In this document: positions 60,854 through 64,000 of the stretch, piece after piece
How the letters are laid out: the number at the start of each line of letters is the position of its first letter
Position numbering within the stretch: the stretch's first letter is position 1
Position numbers and translations under genes: made by a program
Notes under the pieces: generated by a model
Seen by the model: the letters and a program-made list of their open reading frames with translations, nothing else
What the model was told of the DNA's origin: nothing
The model's database searches: none
Origin: a virus
Lineage: Duplodnaviria > Caudoviricetes
IMG/VR virus record: IMGVR_UViG_3300032310_000320
Span: 1 to 64,000 of that record
Strand: one strand, 5' to 3'
DNA: 64,000 bases

Positions 60854-61753
60854 TCAGGTTCCGGTCGGAGTACGCTTGGCTGCGCGTGGCCTGCGTACCT
60901 TCTTAGGTTCTGCTGCTTCCTGAGCAACAGGATTGGACTTGTGCCGAGCGACATCGACTTCATCGTCAGGCACTTCTGCTGGATGCGCCGCAACAATACG
61001 ATTAACCCGCTCCAAAGACTTGTTCAGACTCTTGAGAGCCGCCTGCGAAGATTCAAGCATAGCAACCAGCTTGTCACGTGCTTCTACAAGGGTGTCGCTC
61101 AGTGCCGATGTCACGACATCTGGAGAAAGGTGTGACAACGGATCAAAAATGTAATCGTCGGCGACATCCGTAATGTAGTTATTAAGCTTCTGCGCCAGCT
61201 TGCCGATACGCGTGACACCCGCGACTGGAGTCGTAGGTGGCTTTGGCGAACGGCCTGCTGTCGAAGACCCAGTCGTGCGATCTTCTACGCCCGACACATA
61301 TTCCAACAATTCATTAGCCGTCATGCCTTCCCTGACAGCCTTTTCAATGACTGCCTTCTGCTCCCGTGGATCATCGAGACGGGCAGCATACACCCAGTGA
61401 TACACAGACAAAGACAAACCACTGGCGGTCAGCTTATTCTGCTGCTCAACCACGTAGTTGATGTCTGGGAATGCACGAGCAAAGCTGCGGTAATCCCGCA
61501 GAGTGGCACCACGCACGTTAAGGAAGATCTCCAGCTTCTCAAGAGCCTTAGCCCCGTAGTGATTGCTGGCGTCCGTCAACACTGAATCCACCAGCGTTCC
61601 AATACGGTGGAAGTGATGCACGATCTTCCGAGTACCCGTAGTAAATTCTCGCTGCATCTGAACAGCGATCTCTCGCAACGATTCAGGCATCTGCTCGTAC
61701 ACTTCTTGACGTTGCGCTGACAACGGACCAGCCATCATTTCCATATCCGACAT
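60854..61753 (-). CDS. Hypothetical helical protein (possible DNA-binding)
   Basis: 299 aa ORF with basic C-terminal tail. Confidence 0.55.
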   Translation of the reverse strand: MSDMEMMAGPLSAQRQEVYEQMPESLREIAVQMQREFTTGTRKIVHHFHRIGTLVDSVLTDASNHYGAKALEKLEIFLNVRGATLRDYRSFARAFPDINYVVEQQNKLTASGLSLSVYHWVYAARLDDPREQKAVIEKAVREGMTANELLEYVSGVEDRTTGSSTAGRSPKPPTTPVAGVTRIGKLAQKLNNYITDVADDYIFDPLSHLSPDVVTSALSDTLVEARDKLVAMLESSQAALKSLNKSLERVNRIVAAHPAEVPDDEVDVARHKSNPVAQEAAEPKKVRRPRAAKRTPTGT

Positions 61754-61779
61754 GCTCTACTCCTAGATCAACATTACCG

Positions 61780-62355
61780 TTAAGGCGCCCAACCCGATTG
61801 TTGGACACCTTTTAACAAATTGTCAAAACGCTGAACATACAAATTTGCCTTGCCGTGCGGCCATGTCAGCACCGGTCCGACATGATCGCAATTCAATGTG
61901 TGCACAACAAGACCGTGCGGAAATCCTTTTCGCGGCACAATCAATCCCGCCGGGCGGTTAGAAATCGTATCGAGTTTCTCTTCAAAAAAACTCGACAACA
62001 ATTTAAACACCGTTGATCGTGCAAACTCATTAAACAGGTTAGGCAAAAAACACGACTCGTCAAGGTGCAATGCTTTGGTTGGCTTGATTGCACCCAAGAA
62101 TACAGGAAACGACGGGAACATATTAGCAAAACCTGCAAAAGTCAGCTCCGAACCATTGCTGGCTCGAAGCTCTTGTTCCAGTTTGCTTGCGGCTCTAGGT
62201 AGAAAAAACTTCAACAAAAACCGCACCCGTGTCTCTTCGTATCCTTCGTAATACGAGGGCTGCCGGGATAATCCCGCCAGCATTTCTTGCTGCCGCTGGA
62301 TCAATTCAGGATCCACACGTGCTTCAAACAAATCATCGTCGTCATCACTTGGCAC
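61780..62355 (-). CDS. Hypothetical protein
   Basis: 191 aa ORF. Confidence 0.55.
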   Translation of the reverse strand: MPSDDDDDLFEARVDPELIQRQQEMLAGLSRQPSYYEGYEETRVRFLLKFFLPRAASKLEQELRASNGSELTFAGFANMFPSFPVFLGAIKPTKALHLDESCFLPNLFNEFARSTVFKLLSSFFEEKLDTISNRPAGLIVPRKGFPHGLVVHTLNCDHVGPVLTWPHGKANLYVQRFDNLLKGVQQSGWAP

Positions 62356-63826
62356 GGTTGATCAATCGCTCCAAATGGTTTGCGTAATCCCCCGTCAGTG
62401 TCGGGATGTGCGCAATACACAAACCTTTCCTGATCTTTTTAACTATCTCGGGATTGGCGTGAAGCATCGCTCCCAGACGACTCCATGACACGGCGTCCTT
62501 ACCGCTCATGCCCAACGTCTTGGACCATGCTTTATTCTCCACATCCGCACGCGTTGGGCATGTTACGTGAATGCCCAATGCCTCCAATCGTGGCTTAAAG
62601 TAACTGTGACCTCCTTGATTCAGAATGTAATCCAGCAACCAAACAAGAGACCAGTTCCAATCCCAGATCGTATGTTGACGCGCTGGTGCCATCTCCATGT
62701 CACCGTCAATGACTTCTTCAACATTGTTGTGCCGCCACAACAATCTTGTCGCAATCTTTTTGACGCCTTCGCTGTACGAGTTCTTGAACGTTTCAACGTT
62801 CACCTCGTAACCAACAAACTTAGACGACACGATCTTGTGCTTCGGTCCCTTGGCTTTGGACAACTGAAGCTCAACGGATTCCTGAAACCCTAACTGCTTG
62901 CCCCCACCGATTGAACGAGTTGGCAATCCTCGTTCGTCCATACCGGTCTTCAACTGATTGACGGTCACCAGCGAGAACGGCCACCCGTCAAACTCCTGCG
63001 GGATGGCTTTGATGAACTTGGTATTAACCAACGCTTCTGTGGCAAAACCACGTGCTGCGTTACCAATACCTTTACCCCTCAAACCATCCTTACCAATCTT
63101 GCCAAGTATCTTTTCCTGTTCGGTTTCAGAAGCTTTACCCGACACAGAATCGACTCCGAACAAGAACGGGATCTTGCGGCCAAAACCCTGAGAGTCGGCA
63201 GACCTCTTGGTGATCTTGATGGCGTCGGTAAGGTTACGCTGCCATTCTTCCAACGAGCCTGCACGTAAAAGCTGCGTCATCCCAAACATCTGTTTACCCA
63301 TAATTGATTCGTACCAATCAGGGTTAAACTTAGTCTCGGTCTCGACCAGCCAGAATCCCCCGCCGAAACTCATGAACCACCGAGCAAACTCTGCCAGCAT
63401 CGCAGACTTGCCCACACCCGTCTCAGCCACCAACTGGTACATCAAACCCAACGGCAACGCATCCAAACCCAACAGATACTCCATTGGCAACGACGGTGTC
63501 GGAATACCAACCATCAACTCTCGGGATTCCGAACCGATGAAGTAATTGGCCGGTGTGGTTTTGCGGGCTTCTTCAACCAACGCCGTCATGAACTTCCATT
63601 GCTGGTCAGGTCGAATCTTGCTCTTACCCTTGTCTATGTCGGTGTTGATCAATTGCGCAGGCAACAGATCATCGTCTGGCATGTCTGGAGCCGTAAATTC
63701 AGGTTCTTCTTCAATCTCTTCGACCTTGGGCTTACGCCCTTTCTTCTTAGGTTTAACTTCCGTGTCTTCCGTAACAGGAGTTACTCCCGTCATCTCTTCG
63801 TCATCATCCAGCGGTGGCAATTGCAT
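62345..63826 (-). CDS. recA: RecA/UvsX-like recombinase
   Basis: AETGVGKS Walker A, VETE, GVDSVS Walker B, VNQLK and GGGKQLGF; ORF track 62345..63877. Confidence 0.8.
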   Translation of the reverse strand: MQLPPLDDDEEMTGVTPVTEDTEVKPKKKGRKPKVEEIEEEPEFTAPDMPDDDLLPAQLINTDIDKGKSKIRPDQQWKFMTALVEEARKTTPANYFIGSESRELMVGIPTPSLPMEYLLGLDALPLGLMYQLVAETGVGKSAMLAEFARWFMSFGGGFWLVETETKFNPDWYESIMGKQMFGMTQLLRAGSLEEWQRNLTDAIKITKRSADSQGFGRKIPFLFGVDSVSGKASETEQEKILGKIGKDGLRGKGIGNAARGFATEALVNTKFIKAIPQEFDGWPFSLVTVNQLKTGMDERGLPTRSIGGGKQLGFQESVELQLSKAKGPKHKIVSSKFVGYEVNVETFKNSYSEGVKKIATRLLWRHNNVEEVIDGDMEMAPARQHTIWDWNWSLVWLLDYILNQGGHSYFKPRLEALGIHVTCPTRADVENKAWSKTLGMSGKDAVSWSRLGAMLHANPEIVKKIRKGLCIAHIPTLTGDYANHLERLINRAK

Positions 63827-63885
63827 AGAGTCCCCCAGAGGGGCACCGCAACCGAAATTGCGGTGCCCACGAAACAACCGGATTC

Positions 63886-63999
63886 TTACTTCTTACGAGG
63901 CTTTGGCGCTGGGCTCTTAGGAGGAGCGTTGCGCGCGGACTTTGGTGGCGGCGGCATATCGTCATCGTCGTCGCCGTCTTCTTCAAACTCGTCGGCGTC
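63886..63999 (-). CDS. 3' end of a gene running off the window (acidic, then Pro/Lys tail)
   Basis: Open frame DADEFEEDGDDDDDMPPPPKSARNAPPKSPAPKPRKK-stop. Confidence 0.5.
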   Translation of the reverse strand, partial: DADEFEEDGDDDDDMPPPPKSARNAPPKSPAPKPRKK

Positions 64000-64000
64000 G

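Noticed and set aside
19-63920. Numerous plus-strand and nested ORFs in the track (e.g. 43282..44265, 45216..45830, 49739..50413, 47857..48393)
   Set aside because: They lie antisense to or inside well-supported minus-strand genes and show no recognisable motifs; treated as shadow ORFs. Only 11475..11714 has independent support.
1-64000. Eukaryotic giant virus or cellular chromosome origin; stop-codon reassignment
   Set aside because: Shine-Dalgarno sites, sigma70 promoters, intrinsic terminators, CsrA and a portal-like gene point to a bacteriophage. Known genes are full length with TAA, TAG and TGA all used as stops.

Overview
This window reads as a 64 kb segment of a large tailed bacteriophage genome (jumbo-phage-like; this is an inference). 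Genes are densely packed, use the standard bacterial code with Shine-Dalgarno sites, and all but one lie on the minus strand. Recognisable genes: class II ribonucleotide reductase (nrdJ), thyX, phoH, recA, RuvC-like resolvase, DEDD exonuclease, SNF2-type helicase, tubulin/FtsZ-family GTPase, probable portal protein, CsrA homologue, C39 peptidase, metacaspase and a 17-gene glycan-modification island (18.4-30.6 kb). The most striking unexplained signal is a shared peptide tag, TA[x][E/D/Q]LG-x(2-14)-KxA, on 13 proteins. These include three tandem HExxH metallopeptidases, glycine-zipper proteins and the SNF2 helicase. I interpret the tag as a candidate capsid-targeting/maturation propeptide for virion-packaged cargo. 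Three DNA/RNA motif families stand out: (i) nine copies of a 34-bp early-promoter-like element, most followed by a long 5' hairpin that shows covariation; (ii) ten terminators with a conserved U8-AGCTAT tail; (iii) at least 11 exact copies of the palindrome ATAAGYRCTTAT, mostly at the starts of putative late genes. A ligase homologue has lost its catalytic residues. I saw no tRNA, rRNA, CRISPR array or transposase. All family assignments come from motif recognition by eye, not from database searches.
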